DNA of 63,521 nt, filler included, from Octopus bimaculoides (GCF_001194135.2; 5 parts of 5 records of this genome joined end to end with filler, not necessarily neighbours in it), one strand, 5' to 3'; counted from the whole stretch's first letter, positions 24,147 through 37,368 are shown. Made by a program: numbers and translations. Notes: generated from the sequence alone by a model not told the origin.

Positions 24147-25830
24147 TCGACGTAGGGGTCCACCAAGGTTCAGTCCTTAAACCCATCCTATTTATCATAG
24201 TCCTCCAGGCAATAACAGAGGAATTCAAGACAGGATGCCCCTGGAAGCTCCTCTATGTTGATGACCTTGCACTAATTGCTGAGTCACTATCAGAACTAGA
24301 GGAGAAGTTTCAGGCAGGTGTGGAAGCAAGGATTAGAATCGAAGGGCCTTAGAGTCAACCTAGCTAAAACCAAAGTCCTAATAAGTAGGAAGGTAGACAA
24401 ACCACAAAGCCCTTCAGGTAGATGGCCCTGCTCAATCTGTAGAAAAGGCATAGGTAGAAACTCTATAAGATGCACCCAGTGCAAGCTATGGACACATAAG
24501 AGGTGCCGCAATATCATAGGAAGGCTTACTGGGAAGATAGTTTTTGTATGTGGCAGATGCTCAGGAACAATAAACACTGAAAATGTGTAGCGAACAACTT
24601 CTGCCAAATTCCAGGGAGAAAAACTAGAAGTAGTTGATAGCTTCCGTTACCTAGGTGACCAAGTCAGTAGCGGGGGTGGATGCTCTGAAAGTATAGCTGC
24701 TAGAATAAGAATAGCCTGGGCAAAGTTCAGAGAGCTCTTACCTCTGCTGGTGACAAAGGGCCTCTCACTCAGAGTAAAAGGCAGACTGTATGATGCATGT
24801 GTACAAACAGCCATGCTACATGGCAGAGAAACATGGGCCAAGACTGCTGAGGACATGTGTAAGCTTGCAAAGAATGAAGCCTGTATGCTTCGCTGGATTT
24901 GTAATATCAGTATGCATACACAACAGAGTGTAAGTGCCCTGAGAGAAAAGTTGGACTTAAGAAGCATCAGATGTGGTGTGCAAGAGAGACGACTGCACTG
25001 GTATGGTCATGTGTTGTGAATGAATGAGGACAGCTGTGTGAAAAAGTGTCACACTCCAGCAGTTGAGGGAGCCTGTGGAAGAGGTAGACCCAGGAAAACC
25101 TGGGATGAAGTGGTGAAGCACGACCTTCAAACATTGGGCCTTACTGAGGCAATGACTCGTGACTGAGACCTTTGGAAATATGCGGTGCTGAGAAGACCCA
25201 GCAAGCCAAGTGAGACCCATGGCCTGTGCCAGTAGTGTAATCAGCCAACTTATGCGTCCCTTTCTTTCTTTGGACACTAAACTTTTCTTGTGAAGACCTG
25301 TTGAGGCAAGTGAAATCACAATCAAAATCAAACTCACTGATGTGGCCAATGACAGCACTGCATGACTGGCACCCGTTCCAGTGGAACGTTAAAAGCACCA
25401 TCCAAGCGTGATTGCTAACAGCGCCACTGACTGGCTCCTGTGCCGGTGGCACATAAAAAGCACCATTTGAGCATGGTCGTTACCAGCATCACCTTACTGG
25501 CACTTGTTTTTGCCTTTCAACATTTGAGCAAGGTCGTTGCCAGAGTCACTGGACTGGCTCCTATGCAGGTGGCACATAAGAAGCATCATTTAAGCATGGC
25601 TATCGCCAGTACCACCTGGCTAGCTCTCGTGCCAGTGGCACATAAAAGCACCCACTACACTCTCAGAGTAGTTGGTGTTAGGAAGGGCATCCAGCTGTTG
25701 AAACTCTGCCAGATCAGATTGGAGGCTGGTGCAGACATCAGGCTCACCAGTCCTCAGTGAAACCGTCCAATCCATTCCTGCATCGAAAGCAGACGTTAAA
25801 TGGTTAAATGATGATGATGATGATGATGAT
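24147..25830 (+). mobile_element. 5'-truncated RTE-clade LINE: RT C-half with PHD finger, 3' UTR and (GAT)n tail
   Basis: GVHQGSVL.PILF, LLYVDDLAL, VNLAKTK, C4HC3 finger, DSFRYLG, RRLHWYGHV and GRGRPRKTW. A few stops and frameshifts. The 3' UTR has about 60-bp subrepeats. Confidence 0.93.
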
Positions 25831-26371
25831 ATATATATAATGACATATAAAGATATACATATATATATATAAATATTCTTATATTTTATAATTTATTCTC
25901 TATAACCTATCAGTCTTGAATAACCATATAAGGCTTTTTACTTATAAATACTAAATTAATATTAGGCTTTTTAAAATTATGTATACTTAAGTTGTTTGTT
26001 GAGTATATTATATACAAGCATTACTTATTAGATATACTTCTATTTGACCAGGATCTTGTATTAAAAATGTATTTTTTTAATATCTAACTGTTTTTTTCTT
26101 CGGTCTGAATTTTGTATTTACGTTTATAACTCCAACGGTCCTTTTCGAAATGTACAGCGTTCCGTATTGGTTCATTATCGAACTTCATAGTTTAACATCA
26201 TAAAGTTGAATCATTTGCTTGATATGTTCACGGTTTCAACACCGTTATGCTGTACGGTTGTATTACATCTCATGTCTTTTCAACTTGTTTTTTTGCATGT
26301 TTTCATAGGTCAACTATGAATGTTGTATATGAATGTTATCTATTTTTTTTTATTATCTGCCAGTTACTAAT

Positions 26372-26455
26372 AAGACCCTGAGGAGATGCAGTATCCCATA
26401 TTTTATAATATGCATGAATCAATCTGGTTATCGCATCGAAATGATCATCGGTCAT
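26372..26455 (+). ncRNA. Minimal type-I hammerhead ribozyme with long loop 2
   Basis: GACC(26374-77)-CTGAGGA-GATGC...GCATC-GAAA-TGATCA-TC-GGTC(26450-53). The core is fully canonical with an AUC triplet. AATAAA follows at 26462, then (TA)n. Confidence 0.75.
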
Positions 26456-26534
26456 CATCATAATAAAGTATTTTCAATGGATCAGTTTTGAGTTCTTATT
26501 TACATCGATATATATATATATATANNNNNNNNNN

Positions 26535-26949
26535 TTTATTCCATTTATTTGATTATTTACCATTCGATGTCAACATTTCTGTGCTCAACTCTATCCAGCG
26601 ACTGATCCGTTGGATGTCTGACGTTTGGCACTTCCTCAGGAATGGCTTTACATTAGAACAAATGAGCAAAAAACACAATTATCTATCAGAACAGATTATT
26701 AAACACTCTTTAACTATACCGTTCTTCGGTATCAAAACAACCAAGACAGCATGGTGGAAGAACGGTATAGTTAAAGAGTTTTTAATAATCTGTTCTGATA
26801 GATAATTGTGTTTTTTGGTCATTTGTTCTAATGTAAAGCCATTCCTGAGGAAGTGCCAAACGTCAGACATCCAACGGATCAGTCGCTGGATAGAGTTGAG
26901 CACAGAAATGTTGACATCGAATGGTAAATAATCAAATAAATGGAATAAA
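26535..26949. repeat. 193-bp-arm inverted repeat of PLE-related sequence
   Basis: 26535-26727 versus 26757-26949 shows two mismatches by eye, with a 29-nt spacer. The ORF track shows the same peptide on both strands. Confidence 0.9.
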
Positions 26950-27460
26950 AATCGATCGTGTTGGAAGTCTCTATCGTTTTTAAATATACAAATTTGATAC
27001 CTTGGAAATATAAACAATGAGAACGATCCTTAAGGAATCTAATCAATGATCCTTTGGGGGTGAAGTCTTATGCTATATTGGTAACGATTACAAAATTTAC
27101 TGGAAAGCTATATATATATATATATATATATATAATGAGCACATGCACTATAATGCCCTGAAATATTGAGAAAAGGATATTCAATACAAAATCTACAGTA
27201 AATTCTCTTTCTCTCCATCTTTCTCTTTCATTGCATCTTTCTTTTTCCTTTCTTCCTTCCTTCCTGCCTGCCTGTCTTTTTCTTTTGTTCTTTCTTCCTT
27301 TCTGCCCTTTCTTTTTTTTATTTTTCCCTCTCTAACCAAACCTCCAAAAATTAACCACATATATTTATGCATATACATGCACACACATATGTATACACAC
27401 ACACACATGTACACACATATGTATGTATGCATATATAAGTATATGAATATATCATCAATC

Positions 27461-30400
27461 TGTAGCACGTTGTAGAAGGCAGTAATATGACGTAATGGTC
27501 ATGTTGCATGAACAAGTATAATTGTTAGTTTCCCATTGGTTAAAATTACTGCCCATATTTGAATTCTAAACTTTCATCAAAGAGAAATCTTTCATAAAAT
27601 ACGGTTCTTAGAATTCAGGCATGAGCAGTNNNNNNNNNNCACACCAGTGATCGCTGGTTGTCAATTGACTCCACGACATTCACCCTGGTGATTTATGACA
27701 CTCATACTAGTGTTCGCTGGTTGTCACTCATTTCCACGACACTCACTCCTTTGAGATATGGGTTATTTTTACGCCATGTCGATTACTTAAATCCAACAAG
27801 ATTTATTTGAATTGTGTAAACTCTAGTAGTTTAGTATGAAAGAATTAGCTAGTATAAATATTATGTCGTAACTCTCTACAACGAATTTCTTTGACTTCTA
27901 AATGTACTGTAAATATTAAATGTACATCAATAAACTAATGTAGTAAATAATTTCTCCTTCTTCATTTTCTTCAACCTGTCAATGAAATCTATTTCTGCAG
28001 CTATGAAACCATTTTTTATAGCGGTGAAAGAGCAAAACTCTCTCAAACAATTAGCAGATTTGGCAGATGGCATATTGGAATTATCATCTAGAGAGTCTGT
28101 CAATGCCTTACCATCCATTTCTTCAAAAGTACAGCAGATGAAAGAAACTTAGGAAAAACAATTTAAATTATAAACAGACAAAATTGAAAGTCTTCAACTT
28201 AGAAGAGATAAGCATTCTCATAACAGAAATAATGCAAGATGGCATAGACGATTGAAAAGTCCCAGAAGGAACGTTATATGCTGGTACCATTCAAAATTCA
28301 GTGGCAAATCTTATCATTGTATTAAAGCATGCTCATTTAGATGTAGATTAGATGAGTTTAAATCTGTGGACAACTTCATAAAAAGTCATATACTCTTCAT
28401 ATTTTACTCTAACTCCAAACAAAGATTCTTAGTTGATACAGGAGCAGCTTGTTCCATTTGGCCTGCTAAACTTTTAAAAGCAGTTAATAAGTCTGATATC
28501 TGAACATTTGGAGAAATTAGTTTAACTCTAGATTTACATTTAAGAAGAGAATATAAGTGGATTTTCCTTGTAGCAGATTTGCCTTATCCGATACTGGGGA
28601 CAGATTTACTTTCACATTACAATTTACTGGTAGATATAAAAAAAAACAAAAATTAATAGACAGTTACTTCATTGAACAGTCAAGGCATGAGATGCAAGAA
28701 TGCAACAATTAGTCCGTTATATTTTATGGCGTCTTCCGAAAATTGTTATCACAGGATTTTGAAGAATTACTCTGAAATTACAAAACCATTAGTTCCAAAC
28801 ACCAAATGTGTTAATTCAGTCACTCATCACATTGTAACCCATGGACCACCAACTTTTTCCAAACCTCAAAGATTATCTCCAGAGAAATTAAAGATTGCTA
28901 AGGCTGAATTTTCGTCACATGTTAGACCTCGGAATAATTCATCCTTCTAGCAGTAACTGGTCAACACCTTTAGTTTTAGTAAAAGAATCTCACAGACTGG
29001 CGTCCATGCGGGGATTTTAGACAGCTTAATGCAAAAACACAGGTAGATAAATTTCTAACCCCCCATATTTATGACTTTGCAGCTTCGTTGAGTGGTTGTA
29101 ATGTCTTTTCAAAGATAGATTTAGGTAGAGCATGCAATCAAATTCCTGTTGAAGAGTGTGATATACCAAAAACAGCAATTACAACTACATTTGGGTTGTA
29201 TGAATTCCTTCATATGCCTTTCGGATTAAGGAACACAGCAAATATTTCCCAGAAATTCATCAATGAAGTAACAAGAGATTTACCTTTTGTATTTGCTTAT
29301 ATAGACGATATTCTCATTGCTAGTCCGTCAGAAGAAGTTCATGAAAATCACTTAAAACAAATTTTTGAAAGATTGACTAAATATGGTATAGTGATAAATC
29401 CATCAAAGTGTATTTTCACTGAATGCACTATATCATTTTTAGATCATCTCATTGATAAAGATGGAATTCACACACTGCCAGACAAAGTTGAAGCTATTAA
29501 TAAATTTCCAGTACCAAATTCTTTATGAAAGCTTCGGGAATGTCTAGGACTCATTAATTTCTACAAGCATTTTATTTCACCTTGCACAGAAAGTCTATTT
29601 CCTTTAACTGAATTATCAAAGAATAGGAAGAAGAAAAATGAAGCTATAACTTTAAAAGATGAAGAAATACAGGCTTTTCAAAGTGTAAAAGAAAAACTGT
29701 GTGAAGCACCACTTTTAAACCATTCGGTTCCTGAAGCAAAATTATTGTTGGTAGTTGATGCTTCCAATGTTGGAATCAGTGGAATTTTACAACAGTTTCA
29801 TTGTGGTTTTTGGCAACCATTATCCTTCTTTTCAAAAAAATTCAAGGCACCAGAAATGAAATGCTGCATTTTTGGCAGAGAATTGTTGGCAGCTTATTTC
29901 TTAATTAAATACTTCAAACATCTTGAAGGTAGGTCATTTACTTTATTTACTGACCATAAACCATTGACACATGCACTAAAAAATTCTGAAAAATATTCTC
30001 CCAGAGAAATTAGACACCTTGATTATATTTCACAGTATACTGTGGATATATGGTATATCAAGGGTGTTGGAAATTCTGCAGCTGATGCACTTTCTCAAAT
30101 GAATGTTGATGCATTACGTTAATTAAGCACTACCAATTTAGAAGAAATGTCTAAAGATCAAACTACTGATAAAGAATTGTCTTTATATAAAGATTCCAGT
30201 TCGACTTCTTTAAAATTTAAATTATTTCCAATTCATTCTTGTAAATCACATATTTGGTGTGATATTTCTAGAGGATTTTGCCTGAAAAGCATAAAAAATT
30301 TGTTTTTTCTACTTTACATAAATTATCTCATTCTGGTATTGGAGTTTCATTAAAATTAATATCAAGTCGATTTGTTTGGCCTGGTATGAAAAAGGATGTT

Positions 30401-32390
30401 TGTTCTTGAGTTAAATCGTGTATGCATTGCCAAAAAGCAAAAGTGAATCTTCATATTAAAGTACCATTGGGTACTTTTGAAAATTCTGATGTTCCTTTTT
30501 TTACAAGTAAATTACAAAATATTAAAAGCTTCATCCCTTCTGATATTAATTCATGAACTCATGTATTTGTACACAATGATGCCAGTCATCATTCACTGCA
30601 TTATAAAACACACTGGACCTTTTAAAGTTTTGTCAATTAAAGATAAAGCTATGAGTTTGGATATGCATGGTAAAAAGGAAATTGTCAGTTTAGACAGAAT
30701 TTAAAAAGCGGATCTTTTTTAAAACGGGGGCCACATTTTTCATTAATGTTTTACGTAGTGTTTTTGGTACCGAAAGACTTTCAAACTTCGTATACTTATC
30801 TATTTTGTGTTATAGAACAGAAAAATATTTTTGTATTCGAATTTATTTCATGTAAAAAATTGTCTTATTTCGATAATTTCAACCAATCACTGACAAGTAT
30901 TCAGTTGCTTACATTTACTCCTTTGGCTGATTAAGCCATAGCTTCGTTTTATTTGCTTTTTCATTTTAAATTTGCTTTTTTCATTTTCTTTTTTTTTCTT
31001 CGTTTTATTTGCTTTTTTCTTTTTAAATTTGCTGTTTTACCCTAACCCTAACCCTATCACCAATAGAATTGTTTCAGAATCGTTTGTTTATGTAGTCGGC
31101 ACTTAATGTATATCGGCTGAATGGACATCAGTGATTGGTTGAAATTACAGAAATACGACAACTTTAACATGGAATAATTTAGGGATTTCTTTTTTTTTTA
31201 AGAAGACTAAGAGAAAAAGATGTTTTATATGACACATTCTACCAGTGTTCCAAGTTTCAAAGTGTTTCGTTAATGAAAAATGTGGCCCCCGTTTTAAAAA
31301 AGATCCTAAAAAGCTTATTTTGACCAGTCTTCATGCAATGAGAATAAAAATTTGAGTGACACGTTTCAAAATAACTTGAAACAGAACAATTCACAAACAG
31401 CGAATTTTAAAATCACCTACCAGCGAAAAGAAAACTAGAAGAGGCAGAATTGTACATTTTCCCAAAAGACTTTCTCAGTTTGTTTGAATATATTCCTCAT
31501 GAATTTTTATATTCCTGGAATTTTTTTTTTTTTTAAGATTTATAATTTTCTTTTTCCAGAGAAATTAGATTGAACAATTTGATAATCTTTACAAGAACGC
31601 TGTTATTGTAAAACCGTGATGAGCTGGTATTTCATTTGTTTTACAATGTAAATTTGTGGATACATTGTAAATTTGTATTTTTGACTTGCTAAAAATATTA
31701 ATTCAAACATTGGATTGGAATATATTTGTATTATTAATATTCTTTTTATTGCAAAATTATAACAATTTTTCTGGTTAAGGGCTTATGTAGCAAGTCATAA
31801 AAGGCAGTAATATGACACAATGGTCATGTTGCATGAACAAGTATAATTGTTAGTTTCCCATTGGTTAAAATTACTGCCCATATTTGAATTCTAAACTTTC
31901 ATCAAAGAGAAATCTTTCATAAAATACGGTTCTTAGAATTCAGGCATGAGCAGTTATAAAAACCCTGATTTTGGGGAAATTAATCAGTGATCGTTGGTTG
32001 TCAATTGACTCCATGACACTCACACCAGTGATCGCTGGTTGTCAATTGACTCCACGACATTCACCCTGGTGATTCATGACACTCATACTAGTGTTCGCTG
32101 GTTGTCACTCATTTCCACGACACTCACTCCTTTGAGATATGGGTTATTTTTACGCCATGTCGATTACTTAAATCCAACAAGATTTGAATCTAGTAGTTTA
32201 GTTAGTATGAAATAATTAGCTAGTATAAATATTATGTCATAACTCTCTACAACGAATTTCTTTGACTTCTAAATGTACTGTAAATATTAAATGTACATCA
32301 ATAAACTAATGTAGTAAATAATTTCTCCTTCTTCATTTTCTTCAACCTGTTAATGAAATTTATTTCTGCAACTATGAAACTTATAGCTGT
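27461..32390 (+). mobile_element. Decayed Gypsy LTR retrotransposon (element B)
   Basis: LTRs at about 27461-28020 and 31786-32385, both starting TGTAGCA. Remnants: gag CWYHSKF, protease FLVDTGA, RT FSKIDL/MPFGL/YIDDIL, RNase H DAS/RELLA/TDH/ADALS, integrase HHCC region and GPF-type tail. The integrase core is deleted. Confidence 0.93.
30710..31306. mobile_element. 597-bp MITE with 37-bp perfect TIRs and 8-bp TSD (Merlin-like)
   Basis: TIR GGATCTTTTTTAAAACGGGGGCCACATTTTTCATTAA. TSD TAAAAAGC at 30702-30709 and 31307-31314. Confidence 0.9.
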
Positions 32391-32486
32391 GATAGAATAA
32401 GTACTAGGCTTACAAAGAATAAGTCCTGGGGTAGATTAGCTCGACTAAAAGGCGGTGCTCCAGCATGGCCACAGTCAAATGACTGA
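32390..32486 (+). mobile_element. SINE family B, 3' module
   Basis: GATAGAATAAGTACTAGGCTTACAAAGAATAAGTCCTGGGG...CCAGCATGGCC matches 40955-41050. Confidence 0.75.
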
Positions 32487-32498
32487 NNNNNNNNNNAG

Positions 32499-32530
<32 letters not shown>

Positions 32531-34100
32531 TATGTCATATAACACACACACACACACACACACACATGTAAAATGCTTACACATATTGTTCATATAGGGC
32601 TTGAGTGTGACTTCAAATTTCACTTCCTTAGGCTTATTTAAACAGGGATCAAGTTTCAGTGCATGTGCTATCATTTAAGAAGAAGAAGATTATTAACTCA
32701 CACATACACCCCCCCCACACACACACACATTACAGTTTGAAAAAGAAACATGAAGATGATACTCAATGCACAATGTTGACTGTAGAAATATTCATTTACT
32801 TAGTGATTTTGTCAACTTCTTGGCTTTTGAAACTTTTGTATGCATGAAACTAAGAAATCATTCAAAAGTAACAGCCAGCCAGCCAGCCAGCCAGCCAGAC
32901 ACACACACACACACTCTCACTCTCTCTCTCACCTATATTCACTGTGTATCTCTTGGTTTAGAATAGATACACCGTATGTCAGCGTATCATAAGATGACCT
33001 GTATCAGGAAGATATCTGATCGTAAAATGCTATCTCAAAAAAGGACTTCCTTATGATTATGATTATATATGAGGGTAATAGATTCTAAAGCAAGCCTTGG
33101 GTTTCCCTGCTCTGTTTTGGCAAAATTCAAGGTGGAAACTTGTTTTAAACAAGCAAGAAGTGCAGCCCATTTACAATGCCCATGTACCTAATGATTTTTA
33201 TGTAATCTGTTATAGTAATGAGTTTGTTTGTAAGTTTGTCCAAAATCACACAATAAGAAAGTAGCAGCTTTTGTAAGAGTAAAAAAAGAGAAGAGACAAA
33301 ATGGTAATAACAATGGGAGAGGGAGTGGTATCAAACAGTGCCTCTCACCCTCTCTCTCAACAAAAACCTTTTCGCTTTGTTGATGAACATTGCCTCTCTC
33401 TCTTTCTCTCACTCTCTTTCTCTCTATATATCTATCTATCTATCTATCTATCTATCTGCATATGCATGCACATACACTCTCTCTCTATCACTCTCTTTTT
33501 CACTCACCCTCTCTCTCTATTCCTCTCACTCTCTCTCTCAACAACAACATTTTCATTCAATAAATGCTGATTTTTTTTTGTCTGGTAAATATTAATAACA
33601 ATATATAAGATAAGTAAATAATATTTTTTCACCTCAACATTATTTTTCCTGTATCTCTATGGATGTTTGACTGTTCTGGAAGATTTTTCTGCTTAGAAAG
33701 TTGCAAAGTTAATAGAATATAAGATAAGTAAATCAGTAGTAATTTTTAAGTCATAGAATTAAAATATTGTCTATTGAAAGAAAGCTTGATAATATTGTCT
33801 GTTTAAAGAAAGCCAAATATAAAAGGAAGGTGATTATAAATATTTATAAATACTTGCTGATACAGTGATGTTTGTAAATATTTATGAAGGAAGAATTTTG
33901 CCAAGACGGTGAAGTTTGTCTTCAAGATCTTTTACCGTTTCAGGCAGTAAAGAGAGTGAGAATGAGAGACAGAGAGAGTGACAGAGATAGAGAATGTGTA
34001 GATGTTGCTAGACAAGAAAAAGTCTCTGTGTCTATGCTGTTAATGTAATCCTGTGTAATTTTGGACTTTGTATAGTTACATATAGAAATATAAACAAACT

Positions 34101-34141
<41 letters not shown>

Positions 34142-34209
34142 ACACACAAATATACTTGTTTGTTTTGAAGTTTGTGTTCTGTTGTATTAAATATACTCAT
34201 CCACCTGCT

Positions 34210-34720
34210 ATGGAGACTGAATCAGACAGAAGGCGACAGTTAGCCAGAGAGAGACAAAGGCAAAGAACAGCGAGTCTCACTCAGGAAGAACTGGATGCAA
34301 GAAGATTAAACAATACATTAAGGTTATTAAATCAATCACAAGAAGTGAGACAACAGATGAGCGCAAGCTGCAAGAGGACAGGCTCGAAGACATCAAAAGG
34401 AAAAGGAGCACCTAATTGCACAAAGGAAAGATATCCAAAGAGAGAGAGAGAGAGCAACACAAAAGCACCAAGATGAAATAGAAATGCAGTAGTGATGAGA
34501 GAATATCTAAGAATGAAAGCACCGCAAAAGCGACAAGAGGAAGCAGAAGAGGAAGCAGCACAAAGGAGAGAAACTGAAAGAGAGAAAACATCAAGGGGAA
34601 GAATGGAAGAATTAATTAATACTGAAACAGATCATCTAAAACAAGGCGAACTCATTACTGGTAGGGTTTTCACTAGAAACATGGTGTTGAAGCAATTACT
34701 GAGATAAAGGTTGTTAATGG
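34210..34720 (+). pseudogene. Frameshifted R/E/Q-rich coiled-coil ORF relic, possibly a Helitron RepHel N-terminus (STPR-like)
   Basis: METESDRRRQLARERQRQRTASLTQEELDARRL, continuing in other frames as EAEEEAAQRRETEREK. No Rep or helicase motifs seen. Confidence 0.35.
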
Positions 34721-34939
34721 TCTTATTTTAATTTCATTTTCTGCATCATTTTCATGCCATCATTTCTGATGGCACGGGCACACTAGTAATTGTTAAATAC
34801 TATGGAGAGCTCAGTAGAGAGAATAACAACCAAGTTAAATGAGGAGTCTGAAAGTGATGAGCATACGAGAGGCTTTGAGAGAAGCTGAGTATGGTTGAAG
34901 ATGATTTATTTTGCTCAAAAGTGGTTTCAAATTTTGGCA

Positions 34940-35260
34940 CTGGACCAGCAAGTTCAGCGGAGTTGGGTTAAGTTAATTACATTGCTCAACTGGCACTTAT
35001 TTCATTGACCTTGAAAAGATGAAAGCTAAAGTTAACCTCAGTAGAATTTGAACTCAAAATGTAAAAATGGATTAAATGCTGCTAAGCATTTTGTCCAGCA
35101 TGCTACTGATTCTGCCAGCTCATTGCCTTATGCTTGCTGGCAGAATATTGATATGCACTCATTTGGAAATCTCTTAATTTCTCTCTGAATTTATTGAAAC
35201 CAAAAGGACGAAAGGCAAAGCTGATCTTGGCAGAATTTGAACTCAGAACATAAAGACAGA
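34940..35260 (-). mobile_element. Two SINE family A copies
   Basis: Contains ATTTGAACTCA (reverse complement of the B-box-like motif), GATGAAAG and CTGCCAGCTC segments. Confidence 0.7.
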
Positions 35261-36295
35261 CAGTCATAATATACAAACATTTCTCATGGCACCAGTACAC
35301 TGCTTACAGACGCTTACATTTCTTATGTTTTCTGTGAATTTTTCACGGGTCCAGCTAGTTTATATTATTATTTAACTGAATGCCATGCATCTATTTCCAA
35401 GTAAGTTTATATATATATATNNNNNNNNNNNNNNNNNNNNNNNNNNNNNNNNNNNNNNNNNNNNNNNNNNNNNNNNNNNNNNNNNNNNNNNNNNNNNNNN
35501 NNNNNNNNNNNNNNNNNNNNNNNNNNNNNNNNNNNNNNNNNNNNNNNNNNNNNNNNNNNNNNNNNNNNNNNNNNNNNNNNNNNNNNNNNNNNNNNNNNNN
35601 NNNNNNNNNNNNNNNNNNNNNNNNNNNNNNNNNNNNNNNNNNNNNNNNNNNNNNNNNNNNNNNNNNNNNNNNNNNNNNNNNNNNNNNNNNNNNNNNNNNN
35701 NNNNNNNNNNNNNNNNNNNNNNNNNNNNNNNNNNNNNNNNNNNNNNNNNNNNNNNNNNNNNNNNNNNNNNNNNNNNNNNNNNNNNNNNNNNNNNNNNNNN
35801 NNNNNNNNNNNNNNNNNNNNNNNNNNNNNNNNNNNNNNNNNNNNNNNNNNNNNNNNNNNNNNNNNNNNNNNNNNNNNNNNNNNNNNNNNNNNNNNNNNNN
35901 NNNNNNNNNNNNNNNNNNNNNNNNNNNNNNNNNNNNNNNNNNNNNNNNNNNNNNNNNNNNNNNNNNNNNNNNNNNNNNNNNNNNNNNNNNNNNNNNNNNN
36001 NNNNNNNNNNNNNNNNNNNNNNNNNNNNNNNNNNNNNNNNNNNNNNNNNNNNNNNNNNNNNNNNNNNNNNNNNNNNNNNNNNNNNNNNNNNNNNNNNNNN
36101 NNNNNNNNNNNNNNNNNNNNNNNNNNNNNNNNNNNNNNNNNNNNNNNNNNNNNNNNNNNNNNNNNNNNNNNNNNNNNNNNGTATGCTTGCAGCAACTAAT
36201 ATTATTATGCACTATGAGAAATAATGTTCTTTATATATATATATATATATATATATATGCATATCAATCTGTCTGTCTGTTTCTCCCCCCCCCTC

Positions 36296-36326
<31 letters not shown>

Positions 36327-36329
36327 ACT

Positions 36330-36975
36330 ATATATATAATAAAGGCAACGGCGCAACAGAAAGTGTGAGGAATATTTATGCAGTTTGTGGGGATCGGACA
36401 ATAAGTGTAAGCCAGTGTCAATGGTGGTTCCAGAAATTCCAAGCCAGAAACTAAAGCCTAGAAGATGAGCCCCATCCTGGAAGATATACAGAGCTCGACA
36501 AGGATGGTGGAACAATATCCTATCATAACTTTTGACAAACAAGCAGAGAAGTTTGGATTTGGTCATTCAACCAGTCATTCAAGTCAGCGCTAGCAGGAAA
36601 ACGACCATCTTTGATTTCATGACAAAAGGTGTTCTTCCATCAGGATAATGCTCAACCACATACAACAAGGATGACATTCCAAAGGCTAGAGCAGCTTCAA
36701 TGGGAAACGATGCCCACCCACCATATTTACTGGACGTTGTTCCATCTGATTATCATTTATTCCACCGTCTTCAAAAATATTTGTACAGAAAAATATGAAT
36801 TCTGTCAACGGGTTCAGAACAGTACTGGAGGAGTATTTTTCATCATAGACAAGTAAATTTTGGAAGAGAGGCCTTGCAAATCTACCAGATAGATGGAAGA
36901 GCATTGTAGAAAATGAAAGAGAGTATATTTTAGATTAAAAAGGAACTTTGTTTAAATTGGTTTTGAAAAATAAAA
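36330..36975 (+). mobile_element. Decayed, internally deleted mariner transposase
   Basis: KGNGATESVRNI...SQCQWWFQKF..LEDEPHPGR and FHQDNAQPHT..RLEQLQWETMP (mariner catalytic region). Confidence 0.85.
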
Positions 36976-37014
36976 GAAGTATAAAAAGCATGACCCAATA
37001 TCTATCTATCTATG

Positions 37015-37064
<50 letters not shown>

Positions 37065-37368
37065 GATTTAGATTCAAAATTGAATATGGTACTTATGTTT
37101 AGGCACCAGAATATAGTATGGTATTATCCAAAGACCATTCTAAAAGCGAGGTGATCAAAAAATCAAAATAAGCAACACGGATTTTAACGATGATTGCAGT
37201 ACGCACGTTTCATGCTATTCCATTTATTTAAGTAATGCGAGCATTACATTAAATGCAATATGTAGAGCAATCTTCAGCTGCACAAAAATGTAGAAAATTA
37301 CAGTAGAATAGACATATTATAATTNNNNNNNNNNNNNNNNNNNNNNNNNNNNNNNNNNNNNNNNNNNN

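Noticed and set aside
25355-25660. Repeat-spacer-like array (GGCACATAAAAGCACC units)
   Set aside because: These are degenerate subrepeats in a LINE 3' UTR in eukaryotic DNA, with no unique spacers or cas genes, so not CRISPR.
31039-31056. Telomere-like (CCCTAA)n
   Set aside because: Only about three units inside a MITE, so not an interstitial telomere.
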